Source of the DNA: an uncultured bacterium
Lineage (GTDB): Bacteria > Krumholzibacteriota > Krumholzibacteriia > LZORAL124-64-63
DNA: 64,000 nt
Direction: 5' to 3'
Assembly: GCA_963732385.1 (NCBI GenBank)
Contig: CAVSZB010000007.1
Span: 512,001 to 576,000, forward strand
A program made the position numbers and the translations under genes. Positions 40,785 to 48,992 of this stretch are shown in pieces (the stretch's first letter is position 1; the number at the start of each line of letters is the position of its first letter). Under the pieces are notes generated by a model. It did not search any database, was not told where the DNA came from, and worked only from the letters and a program-made list of their open reading frames with translations.

Positions 40785-41927
40785 TCAGATTCGCGAAAAT
40801 TGTGGTTCCGGCGCGGCTGGTTCCGTGGCCTCGAATCGATCCCAGCTGACATCCGAACTAGCCTGAATGCCCTTAACTCGCAACGCGAATTCATGGGGGT
40901 TCGAGCTGGCCTTGAGCGCCTCCTCCAGAGAAATGACCTTCTCGCGGTAGAGCGCCATCAGCGCCTGATCGAAGGTCTGCATCTGGTACTGGACGAAGCC
41001 GTCCTGGATCGCCTGGCGGATCATCACCGTTTTCTCCGGGTCCACGATGTACTCGCGAATCGTGCTGGTATTGATCATGACTTCCACCGCCGGATACCGC
41101 CGCGTGCCGGTTATGTCAGGAATCAAGCGCTGCGAAATGATCGCCTGCAGAGTCGAAGCCAACAGGTAGCGGATCTCCTGGTGCTGGTGTGGCGGGAAGA
41201 ACGAGATGATGCGGCTGATCGTCTGGGTGGTGTCGATGGTGTGCAGGGTGCTGAGCACCAGGTGCCCCGTGTCGGCGGCGGTCAGAGCCACCTTCATTGA
41301 TTCGGCGTCGCGAATCTCGCCGATGAGGATGGCGTCGGGATCCTGCCGCAGGATGTGGCGCAGAGCCTCCGCGAAAGACCCTGTGTCGGTGCCCACCTCG
41401 CGCTGATTGATGATGCTCATGTTGTCGCGATGCAGAAACTCGATGGGATCCTCGATGGTGATGATGTTCGACGGCTGGGTGCTGTTGATGATGTCGACCA
41501 TTGCGGCTAATGTCGTGGACTTGCCGCTGCCGACCGTACCTGTGACGAGAATAAGCCCACGCCGGCGCGTGGACAGTTCCTTTACCGCAGCGGGCAGCCG
41601 CAAGCTGTCGAAATCAGGGATTTCCACCGGGACGTGCCGGAAGACCATCGCGATGGTGCCTCGCTGCACGTAAAAGTTGGCGCGGAAGCGGGCCAGCCCC
41701 GGCACGCCGAAAGCGAAATCGATCTCGCGCGTCGATTCGAAGATCTCGCGCTGCGCCGGCGTGAGGATCTGTTGCGCGATCTGGATCATGTCCTTGGGAC
41801 CGGGAACCGCGAAGTCCACCGCGAGCAGACGGCCGTTGACGCGCAGGATCGGTTTGACGCCGACCTTCAGGTGCAGATCGCTGGCCTTGTGCTCGATCAT
41901 CGATTGCAGGATCGGCTTGATCTCCAT
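40785..41927 (-). CDS. PilT/PilU-family type IV pilus retraction ATPase
   Basis: ASDLHL, GTVGSGKSTT, TIEDPIE, QREVG, LRQDPD, GEIRD, TGHLVLSTLHT and MQTFDQ; the PilT AIRNLIRE motif is replaced by TIREYIVD. Confidence 0.93.
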   Translation of the reverse strand: MEIKPILQSMIEHKASDLHLKVGVKPILRVNGRLLAVDFAVPGPKDMIQIAQQILTPAQREIFESTREIDFAFGVPGLARFRANFYVQRGTIAMVFRHVPVEIPDFDSLRLPAAVKELSTRRRGLILVTGTVGSGKSTTLAAMVDIINSTQPSNIITIEDPIEFLHRDNMSIINQREVGTDTGSFAEALRHILRQDPDAILIGEIRDAESMKVALTAADTGHLVLSTLHTIDTTQTISRIISFFPPHQHQEIRYLLASTLQAIISQRLIPDITGTRRYPAVEVMINTSTIREYIVDPEKTVMIRQAIQDGFVQYQMQTFDQALMALYREKVISLEEALKASSNPHEFALRVKGIQASSDVSWDRFEATEPAAPEPQFSRI

Positions 41928-42000
41928 CAGGTCTCCCTCGTCGCTGACGCTCGGCGCCGCTGCGGCGAGGCCCGCGGCGGACTGAACCATGTCTGCACCA

Positions 42001-42029
42001 TTATCGGCAGGAAGAGCGATGCGCTTGAG
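42001..42029 (-). promoter_or_regulatory. sigma-28 (FliA/WhiG-type) promoter upstream of pilT-like gene
   Basis: CTCAAG-N15-GCCGATAA; the -10 element is the exact sigma-28 consensus. Confidence 0.7.
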
Positions 42030-42044
42030 GGTAACGAATACGCG

Positions 42045-42076
42045 AAAAAGGACTGCCCCGGCGGAGGGCCGGGGCA
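42045..42076 (-). terminator. Candidate intrinsic terminator after accB
   Basis: 9-bp stem TGCCCCGGC/GCCGGGGCA with 5-nt loop, followed on the minus strand by GTCCTTTTT. Confidence 0.6.
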
Positions 42077-42125
42077 ACGGGCGTGACGCTCGGAGCGCGA
42101 ACGGTGAACCGCGACCGCACGCGGA

Positions 42126-42587
42126 CTAGTGCGGCTCGATAAGGAAGAGGATGGCTTCGGCCTCCACCGGACTAGCGTTTTCGACCAGGATCTCGCGGAT
42201 GATGCCGGCCGTTTCGGCCTCGATTTCGTTCATCACCTTCATCGCCTCGATGATGCAGACGGTCTGGCCGACCGCGATGCTATCGCCCACCGAGACGAAC
42301 GACTCCGCGCCAGGGGCGGCGGCCCGATAGAACGTGCCCACGATCGGGGAGCGGAATTCCTTCCAACGCGCGCGCTCCTCGGCCACGCCCGTCAGCGCGA
42401 CCGGTACGGGTGCGGACGGGGCGAGCGGCGGCGGATTGCCAAACTGCGGCGGCGGAACGCTCAGGACCGCTTCCGCGCTCCGTCGCTTCTGGATGCGGAT
42501 CGTAGTTCCATCGCTGGAGATTTCCAGCTCCTCGATGCCACTCTCCTCGACCAGCTTGACGAGTTGGCGGACGTCGTCGATCTGCAT
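42126..42587 (-). CDS. accB: Biotin carboxyl carrier protein
   Basis: SPIVGTFYRA and IIEAMKVMNEI biotinylation motif. Confidence 0.95.
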   Translation of the reverse strand: MQIDDVRQLVKLVEESGIEELEISSDGTTIRIQKRRSAEAVLSVPPPQFGNPPPLAPSAPVPVALTGVAEERARWKEFRSPIVGTFYRAAAPGAESFVSVGDSIAVGQTVCIIEAMKVMNEIEAETAGIIREILVENASPVEAEAILFLIEPH

Positions 42588-42615
42588 GGCTTCCTTTCCG
42601 CGGGTCGGGCCGGGC

Positions 42616-43173
42616 TCAGACGCGACCAAGGTATTTTCCGGTGCGCGTATCAACCTTCAGCACTTCACCCTGCTCGATGAAAAGCGGAACCTGCACGACC
42701 AGGCCCGTCTCCATGGTAGCCGGCTTCGATCCACCCTGCGCGGTGTCCCCACGCACGCCCGGATCAGTCTTGACGACCTTCAATTCGACCGTGTACGGCG
42801 GTTCTACAGCGAGCGGACGCTCCTCGTGCATGACCAGGATGACCTTTTCCCCTTCCTTGAGGAAAGGGACGACATCCTCGATGTTCGCCACCGGCAGGTG
42901 CATCTGTTCATACGTGACCAGGTTCATGAACGTCAGGAAATCCGCTTCGCGGTACAGGTATTGGTAGTCCTGCCGATCGATGCGGACTTCTTCCACCTTC
43001 TCTCCGGCGCGAAAGGTCTCTTCCACCACCCGGCCCGATTCGACATTCTTGAGTTTCGTGCGCACGAAGGCGCCGCCCTTGCCCGGTTTGACATGCTGAA
43101 ATTCTACGATAGACCACAGTCCCTCGCGAAACCGGATCACCATTCCATTGCGGAAATCACTGGTGGAGGCCAA
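42616..43173 (-). CDS. efp: Elongation factor P
   Basis: HVKPGKGGAFVR, PGVRGDT and VPLFI motifs; TTG start. Confidence 0.96.
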   Translation of the reverse strand: MASTSDFRNGMVIRFREGLWSIVEFQHVKPGKGGAFVRTKLKNVESGRVVEETFRAGEKVEEVRIDRQDYQYLYREADFLTFMNLVTYEQMHLPVANIEDVVPFLKEGEKVILVMHEERPLAVEPPYTVELKVVKTDPGVRGDTAQGGSKPATMETGLVVQVPLFIEQGEVLKVDTRTGKYLGRV

Positions 43174-43227
43174 CGCCGCCTCGCTTTCTCCCTCAAGATT
43201 CGCCTTCAACCTCTACGAGCGCGCTCA

Positions 43228-43256
43228 TTGATAGCATTCCGCGGCGGGGTTGGCAA
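43228..43256 (-). promoter_or_regulatory. Candidate sigma-70 promoter for efp-accB
   Basis: TTGCCA - 17 nt - TATCAA with extended -10 TG. Confidence 0.5.
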
Positions 43257-43279
43257 CGTCGGGATGGTCGGCACGCCGG

Positions 43280-43732
43280 TCAGCGGCGCTGGCGCAGCAG
43301 GGCTGCCAGCCCCTCGATGGCCAGGCGGTAGCCCTCCGCACCGAAGCCCTGGACAGTCGCGGTCACGACGTCGGAGATGTAACTGGTGCGACGGAACGGC
43401 TCGCGCCGCATGGGGTTGGTCAAATGAACTTCCACGACCGGCACCTGCAGACAGAGCAGACAATCACGCAGGGCGACCGAAGTGTGGCTGTAGGCGGCAG
43501 CGTTAAGGACGATCCCGGCGCTGGTCTGGCCGGCTTCGGCCAGCCGGGCGATCAGCTCCCCTTCGGCGTCGAACTGCTCCACTTCTGCCCGCAGCCCCGC
43601 CGCCGCACCCCATTGCCGGCACAACTCCAACAGTTCGGGCCACGGGGTGGTGCCGTAAAGAGACGGTTCGCGCTGACCGAGCTGGTCGAGATTGGGACCG
43701 TTCAGGATGGAAACGGGGACCGCGCCGCTCAA
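43280..43732 (-). CDS. aroQ: Type II 3-dehydroquinate dehydratase
   Basis: LNGPNLDQLGQREPSLYG, NAAAYSHTSVALRD and EVHLTN motifs; TTG start overlapping upstream stop. Confidence 0.95.
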   Translation of the reverse strand: MSGAVPVSILNGPNLDQLGQREPSLYGTTPWPELLELCRQWGAAAGLRAEVEQFDAEGELIARLAEAGQTSAGIVLNAAAYSHTSVALRDCLLCLQVPVVEVHLTNPMRREPFRRTSYISDVVTATVQGFGAEGYRLAIEGLAALLRQRR

Positions 43733-44649
43733 GGGCCCTCTTCCGGCTTGGCGACCCGGCCGAGCCATGCCTCGAAGTGCAGCCGGTTTTCCGTTGCAGG
43801 CGGGGGGGACGAGGCCAAGGCCTGTGGCGCAGGAGCGCCTGAGGGGGCGGAACTGGACGGCTGGCTCTGGATCTCCTCGATCTTCGCCACAACGTCCAGG
43901 CGATCGGGATGGCGGCTCAGGATCTCGCGCAGGACCGTCAACGCCTTCTCCCGGTACCCCTGGGCCAGGTAGATCTCCGCCAGGGTCCGCGTGGCGAAAG
44001 ACTGGCGCTCCTGTACGGGCGAAAGGGCATCCGGCTCCGCCGCCGCCTCGCCGGTCGCGACCGGCTCGGCCGCTGCGCAGTCCGCAACGGCATCCTCTCC
44101 GGCGAGGGGCAGCGCCGCGCCTGTGGTCGGCTCCGTCACATCCGTGGGCGCGGGCATCGCCATGGCCGCGCTGTCGGGGGACTCGTCGTCCACGGGCACG
44201 GGCTTCGACTCGGCGAACGCCGGCGTGGCCACGCCCCCACGCAACGCATCGAGGCGCGTCGCCGCGAGTTCATCCGTGGGGTCGAGGAATACCACCCGCT
44301 CGAGAAACTCGGCGCCGCGGGCGTTGTCGTCCGCGGCCAGAGCCATTTCAGCGAGGTTCTTGAGGGCGACCAGATTGTCCGGATCGAGCGCGAGGACGCG
44401 CGTGAAGGCCTCGCCCGACTCGGTCGGCCTGCCCGCGTCGACGTGGCAACGGGCCAGGATCACCAGCGCGGAGACATAGCGAGGGTGCTCGGCGAGCCCC
44501 GCTTCCAGCACTTCGATCGCCTCTTCCAGCCGTCCCGCCTTCCGGTAGAGATCGGCCAGTGGCGCAAAGGCGCGCGAATGCGGATTCAGCTCATACTTGC
44601 GCTGATAAAATTGAATCTGCTGCTCGATGTTCGTGCCGGAATCCAGCAT
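43729..44649 (-). CDS. Tetratricopeptide-repeat protein
   Basis: N-terminal TPRs (FAPLADLYRKAGRLEEAI, VLALDPDNLVAL), acidic Ala/Pro linker, C-terminal TRTLAEIYLAQG TPR. Confidence 0.85.
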   Translation of the reverse strand: MLDSGTNIEQQIQFYQRKYELNPHSRAFAPLADLYRKAGRLEEAIEVLEAGLAEHPRYVSALVILARCHVDAGRPTESGEAFTRVLALDPDNLVALKNLAEMALAADDNARGAEFLERVVFLDPTDELAATRLDALRGGVATPAFAESKPVPVDDESPDSAAMAMPAPTDVTEPTTGAALPLAGEDAVADCAAAEPVATGEAAAEPDALSPVQERQSFATRTLAEIYLAQGYREKALTVLREILSRHPDRLDVVAKIEEIQSQPSSSAPSGAPAPQALASSPPPATENRLHFEAWLGRVAKPEEGP

Positions 44650-44674
44650 GAAGCCCTCTCTGCCGCGGAGCGTC

Positions 44675-44704
44675 AGTCTAGGGATACAGCCCCGGGGTCG
44701 TCAA
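44675..44704 (-). promoter_or_regulatory. Candidate sigma-70 promoter for TPR-aroQ
   Basis: TTGACG - 18 nt - TAGACT. Confidence 0.5.
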
Positions 44705-44769
44705 CTTTATCTTCGGCTGCGCGGCGTGCGACCTGTAGCGCGGGTCCTCGCCCAACTGCACCGCCGGGC

Positions 44770-45462
44770 TCAGATCAGGCCGAGCCAGTCCCCGACAAGA
44801 AATTGCAACCTGCTTATCAACAGCGATATACGCGCCATCACAGTATAGCCGAACGAGGTTCCGAAGGTCACCATCATGAAGCCGATGCCGATCCGAGCCA
44901 TCCGGCCCAGCGGGCCGCGATGCTCGCGGGTATATGTGAAGTAGGCCAGTCCGCACAGCGTGCCGACCAGCAGCACCACATTCGACAGGCTCTCCCCCGG
45001 CTGCAGACGCCCTCCGTTGAACACCACCAGGCTCGGCGCCGCAGCGGCGCGCAACTGCAGGATAAAATCCGACTGCAAATAGCGCAGCAGATTGGTGCCG
45101 GCGCTGACACCAATCGCGAAGGCGGTCGGCCAGCGGCTCCAGATGGCCGTCCGTGGATGCAGGCGACAGAGCATCAGCAGGCCCAGGCCGACCGGGACCA
45201 GCACCACCGGATCATAAGTTCCCGGCGCCGCTTCCGGATTGATCACCCGCTCGGCCGCCGGCCATAGCTTGACGATCGCGTTCGGCCACAAGGTGGACCA
45301 GAAGTTGATGACCATCACGTAGGCGGCGGAAGCGCCGACGAGCACGTGCTCGGCGAACTTGTAGAATGGATTGTCACGCCACAGAAAACTGAAGACCATC
45401 AGCGTCAGGCAGGCGCCGACCCACACCTCCAGGCTCCCGCTCAGATGCAGCCCGCCGTTCAA
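44770..45462 (-). CDS. Hypothetical multi-pass membrane protein (GlmL-like cluster)
   Basis: About 6 hydrophobic segments; FSFLWRDNPFYKFAEH and MVTFGTSFGYTVMARISLLISR; 4-nt overlap with upstream gene. Confidence 0.8.
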   Translation of the reverse strand: MNGGLHLSGSLEVWVGACLTLMVFSFLWRDNPFYKFAEHVLVGASAAYVMVINFWSTLWPNAIVKLWPAAERVINPEAAPGTYDPVVLVPVGLGLLMLCRLHPRTAIWSRWPTAFAIGVSAGTNLLRYLQSDFILQLRAAAAPSLVVFNGGRLQPGESLSNVVLLVGTLCGLAYFTYTREHRGPLGRMARIGIGFMMVTFGTSFGYTVMARISLLISRLQFLVGDWLGLI

Positions 45463-46343
45463 GCCGACTCCCGACGTCGGCGACGCCGCTCGATCAGATA
45501 GCCGGCATTTCCCACGAGAATGAAGATAATGATCACCGTATGTGCGATCGACTGCGGCCCCATGCCGTCGGTGGCGGCCATGGTGCGCTGGGGAAAGTCG
45601 GGATGTCCGCGCTCAAGCGCCGCTTCGTATTCAGCGGCCCCCTTCAGCCCTCCGAGCAGTCCGATCAATTGCCGTGGGAAATAGGGCAGGAACTCCGGCG
45701 TCCCTACCCCGGTGCAGCCCCCTGCCACGGGCACTCCGGTCACGTCTCCCGCGAAAAGGATCCACTCCTTCAGCCCCGGCGAACCGCCGGACAACGACAC
45801 GATCAGACCGCAATCCGACAAACCGCGCACATCTGCGAGGACCGGCAGCGCGGTGAGCAGGCTGTCGCGCAGATCGGTCCGGTACATGGCGCCGAAGTTG
45901 TCGCGGATGGCGTTGATCAGGATCTCATTCCCGGCCTTGTAACCCAGGGCCACCCAGGCGACCCCCTCCCGCCTGTCGGGGAACTCGACGGCCAGCACAT
46001 CGGTCCGCAGGTCCTCGATCATCGCGTTGCCGGTGTCCCAGACCGAGAGCAGGATCAGGCGGTGGCCCCGCAGCAGCGCATGCCGGGCCAGCGCCCGCGC
46101 CATCGGTTCCAGCTCCGGACGGGAATTCGGCGAATAGTCGAGCGAGAGAACGAGCGGCGTCCCCTCCGGCAGGGCCTCCACCCGGTCGTAGAGTCCCTGC
46201 GCCAGCGGCGAGGGGCTGTCGGGGAAGCGGATGCGCGCCACGATCGACAGCAGGATCGCGCCCGCCAGCGCGGCATGGATCCAGCGCCGGTCGAGCGACG
46301 AGAGCGCCGATCCGCGCGATTGACACCCTGTCTCGCCGCTCAC
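45459..46343 (-). CDS. Hypothetical membrane-anchored alpha/beta protein (GlmL-like cluster)
   Basis: TM at each end flanking a soluble domain (LDYSPNSRPELEPM, GLLGGLKGAAEYE); GTG start overlaps upstream stop. Confidence 0.8.
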   Translation of the reverse strand: MSGETGCQSRGSALSSLDRRWIHAALAGAILLSIVARIRFPDSPSPLAQGLYDRVEALPEGTPLVLSLDYSPNSRPELEPMARALARHALLRGHRLILLSVWDTGNAMIEDLRTDVLAVEFPDRREGVAWVALGYKAGNEILINAIRDNFGAMYRTDLRDSLLTALPVLADVRGLSDCGLIVSLSGGSPGLKEWILFAGDVTGVPVAGGCTGVGTPEFLPYFPRQLIGLLGGLKGAAEYEAALERGHPDFPQRTMAATDGMGPQSIAHTVIIIFILVGNAGYLIERRRRRRESA

Positions 46344-47035
46344 GATTCCCCCCGGCCGAGCAGACCGCGCTCGATTCCCAGCAGGAGACGCAGCGACATC
46401 GCCACGGTCCCCAGCGCGATGCCAATCGTGATCGCCCTTTGCCCCGCCGTATTCGGCACCTGGACCACCCAGAGCGCCACGTTCTCCAGACGCAGGAAGG
46501 ACAGCGATGCCGGGAGCCAGTCGGTCAGCGAGTGTCCGAACGGGGTGCGACCCGACAGGATGATGAGCGCCGCCGCGAGCAGGGCCGCCGCTTCGCGGGA
46601 TCGGACGCGGAACGCACGGTAGGACGCGGACGCGATATAGAAGGCAAGCAGCGCGAAAATACTCGCCTGCAACGGGCTGATCACGGCCCGGAAGATCCAG
46701 TGCACGGTCGATCCGGCGTCCGAGGGATCCCCGCCGATGCGCGCCAGACCGGCGATCAGCACCACTGCGAAGGCGATCAGTCCGGCCAGCGAATAGGGCC
46801 AGTCGCGCTGACGCCGCAGCACGCGCCCTCCGTGCACCTTGAGCAGGCTCGCGGCCCCCAGCCCGAAGGCGAACACCGCAAGAATGTTGAACCAGACGGA
46901 GAAATTCTCGTCGACGTAGACAAAGAAGGACTGCCACTCGGTCGGGCCGGCCGGGCCGGGCCGCGGCACGAACGCCTTCAGGATCAGCAGGCTGCCGACA
47001 ATCCCGACCACGATCCGCGGCAGGCGGCGGCGCAT
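46340..47035 (-). CDS. Hypothetical multi-pass membrane protein (GlmL-like cluster)
   Basis: About 6 hydrophobic segments; PLQASIFALLAFYIASASYRAFRVRS and PNTAGQRAITIG motifs. Confidence 0.8.
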   Translation of the reverse strand: MRRRLPRIVVGIVGSLLILKAFVPRPGPAGPTEWQSFFVYVDENFSVWFNILAVFAFGLGAASLLKVHGGRVLRRQRDWPYSLAGLIAFAVVLIAGLARIGGDPSDAGSTVHWIFRAVISPLQASIFALLAFYIASASYRAFRVRSREAAALLAAALIILSGRTPFGHSLTDWLPASLSFLRLENVALWVVQVPNTAGQRAITIGIALGTVAMSLRLLLGIERGLLGRGES

Positions 47036-47036
47036 G

Positions 47037-47855
47037 TCAGCCGACCCCCGTCTCGAAAAGGCGCAGGAATCCGGCGCGCAGCGCCACCAGCGGTCCCCAC
47101 CCGGTCAACGCGGCAGCCGTGGCAAGCAGGGCGCCGGCGATCAGGCAGGCGGCCGCGAACGCCTTGCCCAGATCCTGGCCGCGCAACGTGCCCAGCAGCG
47201 CCGGTTCGCCGGTCAGGCAGGCACTGGCGGCGAACAGTTCCTCGCCTATGAGCGTGTAGTCGCACGCGGCCACGAAGAGCGGCAGTTGGCTCTTCTCCGC
47301 GGTTCCCGCGATCTGGATCGCCCCCGCCTGTGCGCCCGCCTCCGCGATCAACAATGATTCCGCGCCGAAACATCCAAACAGCAGGCAGGCGGCGGGCTGG
47401 TCGCGCGCGATTATCCCGTCCACGCGGGCGGCAAGACCAAGTTGGTCGTCCGAGACATAGCTCACCGTATCGTCGCGCCACGCCTCAACGCGCCCGGCGG
47501 TCGCGTAGGCGTTGCGACAGGTGTCCCGCGCAGCCGCCAGCACGAGACTCCGGCTCGTCGGCACCTGCAGTTGGCACTCCAGCCGCGCCGCCAGGCCGGC
47601 CACCTCGCCCAGCACGGCCAGTCCGGCGATTGTCTGCACGTTGTCGAGGTCGCGCGAACCGGGCACGAACAGCACCGGGCGCCCCAACTCCACCGCCCGT
47701 CCGACGGCTTCGGCGATCGCATCCACGCCCGGCAACCGGCGGACCCGGGGCGGGTGTCCCCGTTCGGCCCGGTGGATGGAAAATATGATCGTCCCACCCA
47801 CGACCAGCGTGAGAAGCGCCAGGTTCCAGCTTTCCGGAGCGAACAAGGCGTCCAC
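47037..47855 (-). CDS. DUF6754-like membrane-anchored protein
   Basis: N-terminal TM, RRLPGVDAIAEAVGRAVELGRPVLF, DYTLIGEELFAASA, C-terminal TM; GAGGAGG RBS. Family name from recall. Confidence 0.7.
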   Translation of the reverse strand: MDALFAPESWNLALLTLVVGGTIIFSIHRAERGHPPRVRRLPGVDAIAEAVGRAVELGRPVLFVPGSRDLDNVQTIAGLAVLGEVAGLAARLECQLQVPTSRSLVLAAARDTCRNAYATAGRVEAWRDDTVSYVSDDQLGLAARVDGIIARDQPAACLLFGCFGAESLLIAEAGAQAGAIQIAGTAEKSQLPLFVAACDYTLIGEELFAASACLTGEPALLGTLRGQDLGKAFAAACLIAGALLATAAALTGWGPLVALRAGFLRLFETGVG

Positions 47856-47876
47856 GCGGCCTCCTCGCGAAACGGT

Positions 47877-48992
47877 TCAGAACAGTTCGACGTTGCTGCG
47901 CGGTACGGTCACGCGCACGCCGGACTCCAACTCAGCTTCAAGGATCCGCACCACGGCCCCGCTCGCCACGGCGCGCGGATCGGGCGGCAAGGCGACCACC
48001 GTTCCGAGCTGCCCGAAATGGGGAGCGCGGACCAGCCGCACGGAGGTGCCGATGGCGAGGCCGTCGGCTGCGATGCCGTCCGCCACGCTGTGCTCCCCCG
48101 CCGTCGACGGCACGATGATCTCGGGGCGCAGCACCCCGGAACGGATCTGGGTTGCGCCGCTCACGCTCGCCAGCAAGCCTTCGCGCTGACCGAGCAGGCG
48201 GAAGGTGCGACGGGCCATGGCGATTTCCCCGAAGCCCTCGGTCACGATCAGGGTCAGACCGACCTGCTCGGCTCCGGTCACCCCGGACCCCATCTCGCCC
48301 CCCATGAACTCACCCAGATCGAGGGCGTGCACGCCGCCGGTGATGATGGCGCCGACGCCTAACTGCGCGGCGCGCGCCAGCGCCTCCCGCGTGACCAGAG
48401 CACCTCCCACCACGACCTTTCCCCGCTGGTCGGGGGTGATCGCCGTCTCGGTAAGCCTATCGCCAGGCACCGACACCCCGAGGACGATCGCGCCCCAGGT
48501 CTCTCCGCCAATGCCGAAAATCCCCTGGATCCAGGTTCCTCCGGCGGCGATGGTCGCCCCGCGCCCCGGTCGCACCGCGATCACCGTGCCGGCCAGATGC
48601 GCCCGCACCTCCACCGGAAGCGGCGGCCCCTCGATCATCACCTGCCCCGTCGCGGCCGAAACGGAGGCCAGCGTGCCGCCGACGGGAGCGCGGCATTCGG
48701 CCCTCAGCAGCCCGAAAAAACCCTTCGTGCGGGCAAGCAGTTCCCCCTTGCGCACGGACTCGCCCATCTGCTTCAGGAGGGCTGCGGCCACCTCGGCCGG
48801 CTCCACGCCCAGGCTGGCCGCCACGTTCACAGGCGACAATGTCCCCCGCAGGATCGTACGCGCAACTACGGTGTCGGGCGCGACAACCTGCCCCTCACGC
48901 ACCAGAACCTCGCCCTCTACCGGCAGGATCCTCTCCCGCCGCAAGGCGGCCCACTCGCAGGTTCTCAGACCGGGACAGTACGCGTGGCTCAC
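47877..48992 (-). CDS. Conserved hypothetical protein with barrel-sandwich-hybrid-like repeats and C-terminal KOW/SH3-like motif
   Basis: VLVREGQVVAPDTVVA, KQMGESVRKGELLA...RAPVGGT, VTEGFG, IRSGVLRPEI, GTSVRLVRAPHFGQLGTV; GTG overlaps upstream stop after GGAGG. Confidence 0.8.
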   Translation of the reverse strand: MSHAYCPGLRTCEWAALRRERILPVEGEVLVREGQVVAPDTVVARTILRGTLSPVNVAASLGVEPAEVAAALLKQMGESVRKGELLARTKGFFGLLRAECRAPVGGTLASVSAATGQVMIEGPPLPVEVRAHLAGTVIAVRPGRGATIAAGGTWIQGIFGIGGETWGAIVLGVSVPGDRLTETAITPDQRGKVVVGGALVTREALARAAQLGVGAIITGGVHALDLGEFMGGEMGSGVTGAEQVGLTLIVTEGFGEIAMARRTFRLLGQREGLLASVSGATQIRSGVLRPEIIVPSTAGEHSVADGIAADGLAIGTSVRLVRAPHFGQLGTVVALPPDPRAVASGAVVRILEAELESGVRVTVPRSNVELF

